NCBI GenBank assembly: GCA_016795155.1
Contig: JAEUIE010000029.1
Location: 129,212 to 193,211, forward strand
DNA: 64,000 bases
Source: Planctomycetia bacterium
GTDB lineage: Bacteria > Planctomycetota > Planctomycetia > Gemmatales > HRBIN36
Reading direction: 5' to 3'
The notes beneath the pieces were generated by a model. That model saw only the letters and a list, made by a program, of their open reading frames with translations, was not told where the DNA came from and made no database searches. Position numbers and translations under genes: made by a program. Numbering within the stretch: position 1 is the first letter of the stretch; every line of letters starts with the position of its first letter. Of this stretch, positions 29,844-39,857 are shown piece by piece.

Positions 29844-31217
29844 ATGATGACTGCTACTCGACGAACATTTCTGAAACAGGCCGGAGGCGGGCTGGGCATG
29901 CTCGGCCTGGCCGATCTGCTCCATCTTCAGGCACAGGAGAAGAAGCCTCATCATACTCCCAAAGCCAAAAGCATTATCTGGCTCTACATGTATGGTGCTC
30001 CCAGCGGCATGGATACGTTTGATTACAAGCCCGAACTGCAGAAACGCGATGGCGAAAGGCTGCCCAATCCGCCGGAAGTGCTCTTTGGCAACCCCGGTCC
30101 GCTGATGAAGTCACCCTTCCAGTTCAAGCAGTATGGGCAGACAGGCCGCTGGGTCTCGGAACTCTTCCCCCACCTGGCTCAGCAAGTCGATCAATTGACC
30201 TTCCTGAAGGGTTGCACTGCCGATTCCAACAACCATGCCCCCGCCTGCCTGCAGATGAACACTGGCATCACCCGTGTTGGTCACCCCAGCGCCGGCGCCT
30301 GGGTCACTTATGGCCTGGGCAGCGCCAACCAGAACCTGCCGGGATACATCGTGATGTATGATCATCGCAGTGTACCAGTCGCTGGCCCGCCTAACTGGGG
30401 CAGTGGCTTTCTGCCCGCCCGTTATCAGGGCGTGACGTTCCGTCCTAGTGATACACCATTGCTCTACTCACAACGTCTGCCTGAGGTGAGCGAAAACCGG
30501 CAGCGGGCACAACTCGATCTGCTCCGCGATTTGAATCAGCATCACCTGCAATCGCAGAGTGCCGAGTCAGCGGCTGAACTCGAAGCCCGCATCGCCAGCT
30601 ATGAACTCGCTTTCCGGATGCAGATGGAGGCTCCACAGGTGGTAGACCTGAGTAAGGAAACCGCAGCAACGCGAGAGCTTTATGGCATGGACAGCGATAA
30701 GACCAAACCGTTTGGTTCACAACTGCTGATTGCCCGCAGACTGGTCGAGCAGGGCGTTCGCTTCATTCAGATTTACAGCGGCGGTACTCGTCTGAACTGG
30801 GATGCTCATCAGGATCTGGAAAAGAACCACCGCCAACTCTGCGAAGAAACGGATAAACCGATTGCAGGCTTATTGACCGATTTGCGAAAGCGTGGATTAC
30901 TTGAGAGCACGCTGGTGATCTGGGGCGCTGAGTTTGGCCGCATGCCCATGTCGCAGGATGGCAACGGCCGCGATCACAACCCGCATGGTTTCCTTACCTG
31001 GATGTGTGGCGGCGGCACCAGACCAGGCGTTTCGCATGGTGAAACCGATGACTTTGGCCACCGGGCCATCGCCGGTAAAACCACCGTCCCCGATTTCCAT
31101 GCTACACTTCTGCACCTTCTCGGCCTCGATCACCTCAGACTCACCTACCGCCACCAGGGTCGCGATATGCGTCTGACCGATGTTTCCGGCAAAGTCATCA
31201 GAGAAGTGCTGGCGTGA
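29844..31217 (+). CDS. DUF1501 domain protein with a Tat-like signal
   Basis: It has TRRTFLKQAGGGLGMLGLADL, then GAEFGRMPMSQ and GRDHNPHGF. Confidence 0.9.
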   Translation: MMTATRRTFLKQAGGGLGMLGLADLLHLQAQEKKPHHTPKAKSIIWLYMYGAPSGMDTFDYKPELQKRDGERLPNPPEVLFGNPGPLMKSPFQFKQYGQTGRWVSELFPHLAQQVDQLTFLKGCTADSNNHAPACLQMNTGITRVGHPSAGAWVTYGLGSANQNLPGYIVMYDHRSVPVAGPPNWGSGFLPARYQGVTFRPSDTPLLYSQRLPEVSENRQRAQLDLLRDLNQHHLQSQSAESAAELEARIASYELAFRMQMEAPQVVDLSKETAATRELYGMDSDKTKPFGSQLLIARRLVEQGVRFIQIYSGGTRLNWDAHQDLEKNHRQLCEETDKPIAGLLTDLRKRGLLESTLVIWGAEFGRMPMSQDGNGRDHNPHGFLTWMCGGGTRPGVSHGETDDFGHRAIAGKTTVPDFHATLLHLLGLDHLRLTYRHQGRDMRLTDVSGKVIREVLA

Positions 31218-31230
31218 CTAAGGCTGCTGC

Positions 31231-32613
31231 CTATTTCCCCATCGCCCGTTTGATCGAAGCAGTCACCTCTTCCCGCAGTGTTGCAGAATAGCCTGCATGG
31301 ATGTCAACCAGTTTGCCTTGCGGATCAATCACCAGCAGCGTGGGGTAACCAAACGTACAGGTCAGCAGTGGATGGTGTTTCTCCGATTGTTTCATGACCT
31401 TGTTGAAATCAAGGTTGGGATAATTCAATTTAAACCGGCGGATAACCAATCGGGCATCCTCGGGATTTTCATCAATATTCACTCCGATTATGACCACGGG
31501 CTGATTTTTGAAGTCAGACGCCAGCTCGTTGACCTGAGGCATCGCCCGCAAGCACCACAGGCAGCCTCGGTACCAGAAATCAAGAATGACTACTTTGCCC
31601 TTGAGCGATTCCGAGGAATAGGTCTGACCTTCGAAATCCCGTGCTTCCCACGCGGGCACCGGTTTGCCGATCAGTTCTGACCAGCGTTGGGCATCCTGTG
31701 TGACCCACCGAACATAATTCTTTCCATTCTTGATGCCATTTTCCACCTGCCCCACATAGCCGGGAATGGTAAAATCCGCCTTGGCTTTTTCCCAGCGTGC
31801 AGCCATGGCTTCCATCATCTTTTTGGCTTCTTCCACTGGTTTCTGTCGTGCTGAGACATAGTTTTTCAGGTTGTCATCCTTCAAGGTGAAGTACAGATCA
31901 CTTTCCCGGATGATTTGCTGCAGCCGATCTGCCGGATGCACGTGCCGTTTCTTCAGTAGCACCGTGTAGGTTGCATTCGTGCTGGAACTGTGCTGGTAAG
32001 GCACATGATCAGGATCATCGCAGGGTTTGCGCTTGCCTGTAATCGAAGTAATGCAGCCCTGTGCAGGATCGAAGGTGTAATCGAAGGTGCCCATCGCATC
32101 GTAGATCGTAAGGATGCCGCCCGTTCGCTCTTCTCGAAACAGGTACTTATCGCCGGTGGAGGGCAGGACTGTAAACCGCGAAGTGACACTGTCGCGAGGC
32201 AGTTTCATAATCCACTCTTTTTCACCCGGGCCAGCCAGCGGTGGCAGAAGCAATGGCATGAAGGAATTCAGCGGTTCGGATTCCTGCTTCACCCGGCCAT
32301 CGGGGAAAAGATCAACTCGGCGACTTTCATGTTGGATGTTCGGTTCAGTTCCCATCTGCGAGAGAAGGACCACCTGATAACTTCCGTCCGGGTTCTTCTT
32401 CAGCACGTAAATCTGCCAGGCGGTGTGATGCTCCCTGGCCTGCTGTTTGTTCTTTTCATCCGCGGGAATCTGGTAGGTTGCCTGGTAGTTCAGTTCCAGC
32501 CCTGGTTCGAGCTTGTACTGAGGCGTTTCAACTGGAAAACTGCAGACGGCAAGCATCAGAAGGAGCATCGATATGACCCTGGCTTCCTGATAGAGGAACA
32601 ATGCATCGTACAA
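31231..32613 (-). CDS. Secreted protein with a C-terminal TlpA/redoxin-like thioredoxin-fold domain
   Basis: 460 aa. The C-terminal block is KVVILDFWYRGCLWCLRAMPQ (CxxC) followed by VIIGVNIDE. The N-terminal ~300 aa are unassigned. Confidence 0.7.
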   Translation of the reverse strand: MYDALFLYQEARVISMLLLMLAVCSFPVETPQYKLEPGLELNYQATYQIPADEKNKQQAREHHTAWQIYVLKKNPDGSYQVVLLSQMGTEPNIQHESRRVDLFPDGRVKQESEPLNSFMPLLLPPLAGPGEKEWIMKLPRDSVTSRFTVLPSTGDKYLFREERTGGILTIYDAMGTFDYTFDPAQGCITSITGKRKPCDDPDHVPYQHSSSTNATYTVLLKKRHVHPADRLQQIIRESDLYFTLKDDNLKNYVSARQKPVEEAKKMMEAMAARWEKAKADFTIPGYVGQVENGIKNGKNYVRWVTQDAQRWSELIGKPVPAWEARDFEGQTYSSESLKGKVVILDFWYRGCLWCLRAMPQVNELASDFKNQPVVIIGVNIDENPEDARLVIRRFKLNYPNLDFNKVMKQSEKHHPLLTCTFGYPTLLVIDPQGKLVDIHAGYSATLREEVTASIKRAMGK

Positions 32614-32667
32614 TCTGTTGTTCCATCAATCAACGGATTTGTGGAAAGGTCAAAACGCCGTCAAACT

Positions 32668-33462
32668 TCACTCAATCCCCGTCCGCGGAAACCACGGAAA
32701 AAAACTGCTGGTGCGTCGGCAATAGGCATCATAAGACGGGCGGCTTTGTCGCAGCGTCTGTTCCAGCAGCGTCACGCCCGAAACCCGCATTAGTAGAATC
32801 GACATGATCACCGGCCCGATGACTGTCCACCAGACGAACTCGGCAACTCCAGCCAGGCTGATGAAGTAAAAGCCCCACCAGGCCAGAAAATCACCAAAGT
32901 AGTTGGGATGTCTGGTGTATTTCCACAATCCCCGATCCATCACCTCCTGATTGTTTTCCCGTGTCGCCAGAAAACGGGCCAGTTGATAATCGCCCACCGT
33001 TTCAAAAAGAAAACCGATCAACCACAACACGACTCCGATGATATGCAGAACAGACCACTCTGGGGATGCATGAAAAATACCAAACTGCACCGGCAACGAG
33101 ACTATCCAGATGAGCAGCGCCTGCAGACCAAACACGATCCAGAGACTGGAATAGACAAATGTCTGGCCCCGATGTTCCCGCATGGCTCGGTAACGCTTGT
33201 CTTCCGGCTTGTTGTGATTTCGCCATAAGAGATAGAGGCTCAGCCGCAACCCCCAAAGCGTCACCAGGACAGGCAGCAGCCAGCGATTGATGCCTTCGTG
33301 TGAAGTACACCATGCTGAGCACCAGCTGATCAGCACAAACCCCATGCCCCAGGCAATGTCAACAATAGCGACGTTGCGAAGGGGGATGCTCATCAGCCAG
33401 AACAGAAACAGCCAGCCGGAAACCAGTAACGCATTGATCAACAGCAGGCTGGGTAATTCCAT
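32668..33462 (-). CDS. DUF1295 family integral membrane protein (steroid-reductase/ICMT-like fold)
   Basis: 264 aa, multi-TM, with the motif YTRHPNYFGDFLAWWGFY. Confidence 0.8.
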   Translation of the reverse strand: MELPSLLLINALLVSGWLFLFWLMSIPLRNVAIVDIAWGMGFVLISWCSAWCTSHEGINRWLLPVLVTLWGLRLSLYLLWRNHNKPEDKRYRAMREHRGQTFVYSSLWIVFGLQALLIWIVSLPVQFGIFHASPEWSVLHIIGVVLWLIGFLFETVGDYQLARFLATRENNQEVMDRGLWKYTRHPNYFGDFLAWWGFYFISLAGVAEFVWWTVIGPVIMSILLMRVSGVTLLEQTLRQSRPSYDAYCRRTSSFFPWFPRTGIE

Positions 33463-33497
33463 GAGATGATATCCCTGCAGTCAGAATGCTATGCAAC

Positions 33498-34553
33498 CTA
33501 CCGTTTCTCAAACAGATAATGAGCAACCCACCACTGGTTGCCCGACTGGTAGCCGAACGTTTCTGCACACGCCATGAAGAACATGCGCCACCGCTGCAGC
33601 CACAACCTGGCTTGTGCCTGGCCATAAGTCTGTTCCAGAATCGGCATCACCTCGGAATGACGCTGATCGAGGTTTTGCAGCCAGGCATCGCTGGTGCGCT
33701 GGTAATGCGTGCCACTCCATCGCCAGTGGCGCAGCAGACGCAGATCATCCTGATAGTACACAAACAGATGATCGCTTGGCATCATGCCGCCCGTGAAGAA
33801 ATAATCGGTTATCCAGTCTTTCGGCCCATGGCTTTCATACAGCGCAGGCTGTTGAGCCTGGCAGAAGACATGGATAAACACCTTGCCAGCCTCGTTCAAC
33901 CAATGCGACAACTGGTGAAACAGTTGCTGATGGTTGCGGAGATGCTCAAACATCTCAACCGAAACAATGCGGTCGAAGCTCTGATCCAGACGAAGATCGT
34001 TGATATCCGAGCAGATCACAGTCAGATTGGTCAGCCCGCGCGCTTCGGCAGTTTCCTCGATGTACTTTTTCTGAGTTCGCGAATGCGAGACAACAGTAAT
34101 CTGGCTGCGTGGATAATGTTCAGCCATCCATAGTGACAGCGAACCCCAGCCGCAGCCAAGTTCCAGGATCGACTGCCCATCTGCCAGTTCGGCCCGTTCA
34201 CAAGTGATCTGCAAGGCCAGCGCCTCGGCTTCATCCAGTGTTGTTGTGGAGGCATTCCAGAAACAACTGCTGTATTTGCGGTGTTTTCCGAGCACCCAGC
34301 GAAAGAACTCGGTGGGCACTTCATAATGCTGCTGGTTGGATTCGACAGGCGCCGCTGCCAGCGGGCTGGACCTGCACATCTGCAAAAACTCGTTGAACTC
34401 CTCCTGCAGCTTTTCACAGGAACTCTGCTCAATCTGTTGCAACCTTTTGCCGGCAACGCGGCGAATCCCCCAGCGGATCAGAAAATCAGGCAGCCAGCCT
34501 GTTTCTGCCAGTTTCAGTCCGGTGCGAAACAGCGTGCTCACTGCTTGACCCAC
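33498..34553 (-). CDS. SAM-dependent methyltransferase, cyclopropane-fatty-acyl-phospholipid synthase family (paralog 2)
   Basis: SAM motif ILELGCGWGSLSLWMAE, with CFA/mycolic-acid-synthase-like architecture. Confidence 0.85.
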   Translation of the reverse strand: MGQAVSTLFRTGLKLAETGWLPDFLIRWGIRRVAGKRLQQIEQSSCEKLQEEFNEFLQMCRSSPLAAAPVESNQQHYEVPTEFFRWVLGKHRKYSSCFWNASTTTLDEAEALALQITCERAELADGQSILELGCGWGSLSLWMAEHYPRSQITVVSHSRTQKKYIEETAEARGLTNLTVICSDINDLRLDQSFDRIVSVEMFEHLRNHQQLFHQLSHWLNEAGKVFIHVFCQAQQPALYESHGPKDWITDYFFTGGMMPSDHLFVYYQDDLRLLRHWRWSGTHYQRTSDAWLQNLDQRHSEVMPILEQTYGQAQARLWLQRWRMFFMACAETFGYQSGNQWWVAHYLFEKR

Positions 34554-35851
34554 TCAATCTGGACGAGCCCGGCGGCCCGTTCGTGAAAGACCGCTTCGCA
34601 ACTGGCAAGATAGAAATCCCACATGCGGATGAACCGCTCATCAAAGCCGAGTTGCCTGACTTCCGCAAGCTGGGCATGAAAGCGCTTCCGCCATTCTCGG
34701 AGAGTCAAGACATAGCTCGGAGTGTAATCCTGCAGTTGCACCATGCGCAGGCGGGTCGCTGCTCCCACAGCATGCTGTAACTGGGCGATGGAGGGAAGAA
34801 AACTGCCGGGGAAAATATACCGTTGAATGAAATCAACGGATCGGGCGTAGACTGCTTCACGTTGTTCCGGAATGACAATTGCCTGGATGACCATGCGTCC
34901 GCCCGGCTTGAGCAGACGATCACAGCAGCGGAAATAATCGACCAGATACTTCTGGCCAACCGCTTCAATCATTTCGATGGAAACCAGTTTGTCGAAAGAA
35001 CCCCGCAAGTCACGATAATCCTGCTGCAGCAGTTTGATGCGATCTTCCAGACCTGCTTCACGTATACGTTGTGACGCAAACTGATGCTGTGCACTGGAAA
35101 TCGTTGTCGTGGTAACACGGCAACCTGTCTCGCGTGCAGCATGGATCGCCATGCCACCCCAGCCTGTTCCGATCTCCAGCAAGTGATCATTAGATTCCAG
35201 TTGCAGCTTACGGCACATCTTGCGAAGTTTGTTCCTTGAGGCATCTTCCAGCGTCATATCCGGCTCGTCATAGCAGGCACTGGAGTACATCATGGTACTG
35301 TCCAGGAACAAGGCGAAAAACTGATTGCTCAGATCATAATGTCCGGCAATGTTCTTCCTGCTGCCTTTTCTGGAATTGAAGCGGAGGCTTTCGAGCAGTT
35401 TCTGCAGGCGATTGAACCACCAGGCTGAGCCGGTGTCCATGGCATTGATGGTATCGAAAATGCGTGAAAACAGACACAGCGTTTTGAACAGGTCCGGTGT
35501 CGTCCACTTGCCTTGCAGATACGCTTCGCAGGCACCCAGACTTCCCTGCCAGACCATCATGCGATACAGACTGGGATCATGCACGGTGATGGAACCAACA
35601 TGGCTGGCACGCAACGGGTTGCCGAGCTCATGCTGGCCATCGCCATCCTGGAAGATCAATGCCAGATCGCCGGGCAACTGATCAAATAGTCGCACGATGC
35701 GATGGCGCAGTTGCCTTTCATACCAGCTTACCGGCTTGATGTTGCCGGTTGCCTGGCTGATGCTTGTTGGGCGTGAAAGCTGTCCGGGGCTGTTGAGCGT
35801 AGTCATATTCTGGATACCAGTATCCTTTATTTCATTATACCGATGTCCCAT
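34538..35851 (-). CDS. Cyclopropane-fatty-acyl-phospholipid synthase family methyltransferase (paralog 1)
   Basis: 437 aa with the SAM motif LLEIGTGWGGMAIHAA, plus FDKLVSIEMIEAVG and IFPGSFLPS typical of Cfa. Confidence 0.85.
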   Translation of the reverse strand: MGHRYNEIKDTGIQNMTTLNSPGQLSRPTSISQATGNIKPVSWYERQLRHRIVRLFDQLPGDLALIFQDGDGQHELGNPLRASHVGSITVHDPSLYRMMVWQGSLGACEAYLQGKWTTPDLFKTLCLFSRIFDTINAMDTGSAWWFNRLQKLLESLRFNSRKGSRKNIAGHYDLSNQFFALFLDSTMMYSSACYDEPDMTLEDASRNKLRKMCRKLQLESNDHLLEIGTGWGGMAIHAARETGCRVTTTTISSAQHQFASQRIREAGLEDRIKLLQQDYRDLRGSFDKLVSIEMIEAVGQKYLVDYFRCCDRLLKPGGRMVIQAIVIPEQREAVYARSVDFIQRYIFPGSFLPSIAQLQHAVGAATRLRMVQLQDYTPSYVLTLREWRKRFHAQLAEVRQLGFDERFIRMWDFYLASCEAVFHERAAGLVQIEWVKQ

Positions 35852-36668
35852 GGGGTGTGATTCGCTCTATTTCACTTTTTGGATGTGGATAATAAGGCGT
35901 CTTTTTCAGCCACAACTTGAGCGCCTGCCAGTAGATAGCGGTAATAACAGATGCTGTCATGCACGGGAACCGCAGCAGGGTCTGCATAAGGTTAGTCGAA
36001 GTAATTGGCTTCTTCTGCAGCAAAAGCCTGGCATCAAACATTTTTTCGCTTTCACGCAGCAGAGCGACATCAACCGACAGTTCCCGGCCGGGCATTGAAA
36101 AATTCCAGCGGTAATTCAGCTCCATCGGCATAAAGGGGGAAACATGAAAATCCTTCGCATGCTCATAGCTGATACGTGCTGTTTCTCCGAAATGGGTACC
36201 TGTCTGCTGCGGAATGACATAGCAGTGTCGTTCGCCCCAGGGTGTATTGTTGATTTCCGCTACCACTGCCTGCAGTTCCGTACCTGTATCATCATAGCAG
36301 TAGTAGTAACTCACCGGGTTCATCACATAACCAAAATACCGCAGTTGGGTTAGCAGGCGGATCGGGCCTTCTACCTTGATGCCGGTCTGCATCAGTACCA
36401 GTTCCCGCACGCAATCGGCCAGGGGACGAGTCGGATCACCCAGGTGATCGCGACGGCGAAACCATGCCAGCGAAGGCCATCGCGTCGACCAGGCCCACTG
36501 GGTGCGGAATACCACGTCCAGTTCATCCAGGTCCAGATACATCATGAACAACTGATACTGAAAGCGATGTACGTGCGGCTGATAACGGGCATGCTGAACC
36601 ACGCCGCGGTAAATGCAACTGTTCAGAGACTTGGCGGAAGATTTCATACCGGATAATATCCTGCCCAT
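35835..36668 (-). CDS. DUF1365 family protein
   Basis: The N-terminus YRGVVQHARYQPHVHRFQYQLFMMYLDLDEL matches the DUF1365 signature. It overlaps both neighbours. Confidence 0.85.
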   Translation of the reverse strand: MGRILSGMKSSAKSLNSCIYRGVVQHARYQPHVHRFQYQLFMMYLDLDELDVVFRTQWAWSTRWPSLAWFRRRDHLGDPTRPLADCVRELVLMQTGIKVEGPIRLLTQLRYFGYVMNPVSYYYCYDDTGTELQAVVAEINNTPWGERHCYVIPQQTGTHFGETARISYEHAKDFHVSPFMPMELNYRWNFSMPGRELSVDVALLRESEKMFDARLLLQKKPITSTNLMQTLLRFPCMTASVITAIYWQALKLWLKKTPYYPHPKSEIERITPHGTSV

Positions 36669-37957
36669 GCCCCTTCAGTTTCTCTGCTGGAAACCGGCAT
36701 GATCGTCTGCACAGGAACTTCATGACCTGCAAACGCTTCACATACAGTCAGGGCGCTGACCACACCCGCTTCGTGAAAACCGTTGCCCCAGTAAGCTCCG
36801 CAGAAAGAGGTCCGGTGTTGCCGGATCACCTCGCGATGCCGACTCTGGGCCTCGCTCCGTTGCAGGTTAAACTGCGGGTGATCGTAATGCAATCGGGTAA
36901 TCATCTTCTTCTGATCAATTTTCTCATCCTGATTGAGAGAAACGCAATACTGCTCGCTGGTTTTCAGGCCCTGCAGCCGGTTCATATGGTACGTCACCCG
37001 TGCACACGGGGCAGGGGTGGCATCAATGCTGGCATTCCACGATGCCCACGCCCGGCGGTTGCGAGGCAGCACGCTGGTATCGGTGTGCAGTGTGACTGCA
37101 TTGGAAGTATATGGGAATGCACCGAGCAACTCACGTTCCACCGGCCTCGCATCGTTCCCAAGAATCCGCAGTGCCTGGTCGCTATGACACGCAAAGATCA
37201 CTTCATCAAATACTTCACTGCCCGCACGAGACTGAATGCGAACTTCATGAGCCAACCGCCTGACACTCTGCACCGGACAGGAAACACGTATCTGATTTGC
37301 AAAAGGCTGAATCAGTTTCTTGACATATTGATGTGATCCACCTTGAATGACATGCCAGCCCGGCTGACCCAGCAGCTTGTGCATCCCGTGGTGCAGGTAA
37401 AATTCCAGTATGAACCGCATGGGAAACCGGTCAATAGTTTCCTGCGGACACGACCACAGAGCAACACTGATGGGATAGAGAAAATTCCGTGTGAACGATC
37501 TGGAATAACGCTGGCTTTCAAGAAACTCGCGAACCGTCACCTGCTGACTCAGGGTATTTCCCAGGGTGGCAACCTGTCGATTGAAGCGGAGGATATCACG
37601 CAGCATCTGGTAAAACGCCGGTTTCACCAGATTCCTGCGCTGGGCAAACAGATCATTGACTGATGCCGTGCTGTATTCCAGCCCGGTTGCATCACAGCGT
37701 CCGCTGAAACTCATTGAAGTAGGCTGGCTCGTAACGCCGAGTTCGTCAAGCAATCTGCAGAAATGGGGATAATTCTCCCGGTTGAACACGATGAACCCCG
37801 TATCCACCTCATGCCCTGCAGGCGTCTTGATCGTGTGCGTATGCCCGCCGATGTAATCATTTGCTTCAAAGAGGGTGACATGGTGTTGCTGATGCAATCG
37901 ATAGGCACAGACAAGCCCCGAAATTCCCGATCCAATTATCGCAAGTCGCAAGTGCAA
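36644..37957 (-). CDS. NAD/FAD-binding oxidoreductase (amine-oxidase-like, COG2907 type)
   Basis: TTG start in the track. It has the dinucleotide fold LAIIGSGISGLVCAY...VTLFEANDYIGGHTHT. Confidence 0.85.
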   Translation of the reverse strand: MHLRLAIIGSGISGLVCAYRLHQQHHVTLFEANDYIGGHTHTIKTPAGHEVDTGFIVFNRENYPHFCRLLDELGVTSQPTSMSFSGRCDATGLEYSTASVNDLFAQRRNLVKPAFYQMLRDILRFNRQVATLGNTLSQQVTVREFLESQRYSRSFTRNFLYPISVALWSCPQETIDRFPMRFILEFYLHHGMHKLLGQPGWHVIQGGSHQYVKKLIQPFANQIRVSCPVQSVRRLAHEVRIQSRAGSEVFDEVIFACHSDQALRILGNDARPVERELLGAFPYTSNAVTLHTDTSVLPRNRRAWASWNASIDATPAPCARVTYHMNRLQGLKTSEQYCVSLNQDEKIDQKKMITRLHYDHPQFNLQRSEAQSRHREVIRQHRTSFCGAYWGNGFHEAGVVSALTVCEAFAGHEVPVQTIMPVSSRETEGAWAGYYPV

Positions 37958-38115
37958 CTCCTGTCAGCCAAAGACATTGATGAAGTCAGATATTCGTCTG
38001 GTACATAGACCTGGATGCACTTGGAAGTATCTAGTGCAATCTGGAATGATGAGGGAGGGTATGCAAGAATTCTTGTGTGGACTTGTGGGTACAAGCAATT
38101 ATTGTACATCAGCCT

Positions 38116-38142
38116 AGGTCATTCGGGGTGCCGAACAACCCC
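38116..38142. repeat. REP-like palindromic element, copy 2 (AGGTCATTCGG-GGTG-CCGAACAACCCC)
   Basis: It is related to 19546..19575, sharing GGTCATTCGG..CCGAA.AACCC. It sits just after the anti-sigma stop codon and may act as a terminator or insulator. Confidence 0.5.
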
Positions 38143-38165
38143 ACTGTCTGAAAACCAGATTTCAA

Positions 38166-38963
38166 TTACTTCGAAACCGAAGCCATAAACACAATCTTTT
38201 CGCGTTTGGATACCATCACGCCACCAGGCTGTTCCACGGTGATGGCAAACAACTCAGGCTTGGTTACCTTCAGATTCGCCTTGATGGGGATAATCAATTC
38301 GCCATCCTTGTTCACATCAAATACGCCACCATCAGTCGGATTTTCCTTGGAGAAAGGTTTGGAATCGAAAATCCAGAGCTGATATTGCGATTTACCGGGA
38401 TCGTTTACTGGCATGCCCCGAAGTTTCATGTAGCCTGTCTGTAGATTGTCATCCCAGAGCACTTCACCGGCGATCTGCTTCTTCTCATCACCGGGACCAG
38501 CCTGCCCTCTCACTTCCAGGGCGCCCTTTTGCTTCAAGTTGAGGTAAGCTGACTCGTTACTGATATCAGGCTTGGGGATGAAGAATGCTACCAGGAGTGT
38601 TGCTGCAGCCACCCAGCCTGCGTAACCCAGAGCCTGCGACCATTTCAATCGCGAGCCAGTCATCGGTTTGCCGACGGCAGTGACCATCGGTTCCACACGC
38701 TTGCGCTGCGAGTTATCTGCAGCGATCGCTTCACCCTGCGTCTGAAGTTTGCTCAGCAGGTGAGCAGGAATGGGGTCATGCTCGGTGGTTGAGTAAGCCA
38801 TATCGAGTGCAGCAGCGGTGAGTTCAAAACTTTCCTGACTGAGATCAGGGTGGTGTTGAAGCAGGCAGTCAATCCCGGCCTGTTCGGCAGGATCAGCACC
38901 CTGCAAAGCCCGGTCAGCCAGCAGTGCCTGTATATGTTCCAGAGGAGTGTATTTTTCTTGCAT
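38166..38963 (-). CDS. Membrane anti-sigma factor, RskA-like
   Basis: 265 aa with a cytoplasmic N-domain, a single TM (WVAAATLLVAFFI) and a C-terminal block YQLWIFDSKPF...GGVFDV resembling the RskA extracytoplasmic domain. It starts 2 nt after the sigma stop codon. Confidence 0.7.
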   Translation of the reverse strand: MQEKYTPLEHIQALLADRALQGADPAEQAGIDCLLQHHPDLSQESFELTAAALDMAYSTTEHDPIPAHLLSKLQTQGEAIAADNSQRKRVEPMVTAVGKPMTGSRLKWSQALGYAGWVAAATLLVAFFIPKPDISNESAYLNLKQKGALEVRGQAGPGDEKKQIAGEVLWDDNLQTGYMKLRGMPVNDPGKSQYQLWIFDSKPFSKENPTDGGVFDVNKDGELIIPIKANLKVTKPELFAITVEQPGGVMVSKREKIVFMASVSK

Positions 38964-38965
38964 GG

Positions 38966-39619
38966 TTAAAGCCCTCCCGCCAGAGCAGGGTTAGGCAAAG
39001 GGGAAAGCATGCCAGCGCGGTGCATTCCCAGAAGTTCTCTCAATCGCATCAAGCCTCGCCGGGCATGGGTTTTCACCGTTCCCAGCGGCAATCCGGTTGA
39101 CAGGGCAATCTGTTCATGGGTCATCCCATGATAAACGGCCAGTTTCAGTACCTCTTGTTGTTCGGGACGTAATTCCGACAAGGCAGCAATGGCCTTGGCT
39201 GCTTCATCCGCGATTTCCATTCTCGTGCTCACCGAACCTGATTGTGGCTCGGGGACCGATTCGGGTAGTGTCACATGTTCTGCCCGGCGACCCAGTTTCC
39301 GCCGACGATCAATCAACCGACGTCGAGCTACCATCGTGATAAACGTTGCTTCACTGGATAATGCCGAGTTGTATCGATCTGCGTTTTTCCACAGTTCAAC
39401 AAAGATGTCCTGGACGGCGTCTTCCGCTTCAGTCGCATCGCCCAGAAAGCGGCGGGCCAGCGACCACACCATTCCACCATAACGCGAAAGACACTCTGCC
39501 ACTGCAGATTGTTCTCCTCGGGCTATTCGTGGAAGTAACGGATTGACTACCATCCAGGTCTGGTTCCGTACAGGTTGGGTTAACGTGAAAGACGAGCATT
39601 GCTGCCAGGCAAGATGCAC
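38966..39619 (-). CDS. ECF sigma factor (SigK-like by context)
   Basis: Region 2 is EDAVQDIFVELWKNADRY and region 4 is GMTHEQIALSTGLPLGTVKTHARRGL. The true start may be ATG 39553. Confidence 0.85.
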   Translation of the reverse strand: MHLAWQQCSSFTLTQPVRNQTWMVVNPLLPRIARGEQSAVAECLSRYGGMVWSLARRFLGDATEAEDAVQDIFVELWKNADRYNSALSSEATFITMVARRRLIDRRRKLGRRAEHVTLPESVPEPQSGSVSTRMEIADEAAKAIAALSELRPEQQEVLKLAVYHGMTHEQIALSTGLPLGTVKTHARRGLMRLRELLGMHRAGMLSPLPNPALAGGL

Positions 39620-39857
39620 GTACAGTCACTCATTATATTCAACCTATTGAAGAACACAGATTCAAAATTGACAAATTCCAGACTCAATTGTTGACTCTCA
39701 AAAACATTCTGCAAAATCGTTACTCGAATTGAATCCGATATCCTCCCTCTCCCGTACAAGGCTCCTGTAGGAAGTACGATCGGCTTCCTGCAACTGACAT
39801 ATTGAAAGGTGATGGCATGGTGCCAGCACCACATCGTTTACATCAAGGATAACAAGC

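Noticed and set aside
31990-34133. Plus-strand ORFs at 31990..32793 (267 aa) and 33486..34133 (215 aa).
   Set aside because: They are antisense to the TlpA-like, DUF1295 and CFA-family genes, which carry diagnostic motifs. The antisense ORFs have no motifs of their own.
38051-38058. A shared CCTCCCTC-N17/18-TAG(A/G) motif upstream of the FAD-oxidoreductase operon (minus strand, 38058..38051) and of the fasciclin gene (plus strand, 39741..39748), considered as a possible SigK-like promoter.
   Set aside because: A single shared 8-mer between two ~200-nt regions is expected by chance about once. The spacing differs by 1 nt and the -10-like part is only 3-4 nt. It is too weak to call and worth testing only by TSS mapping.
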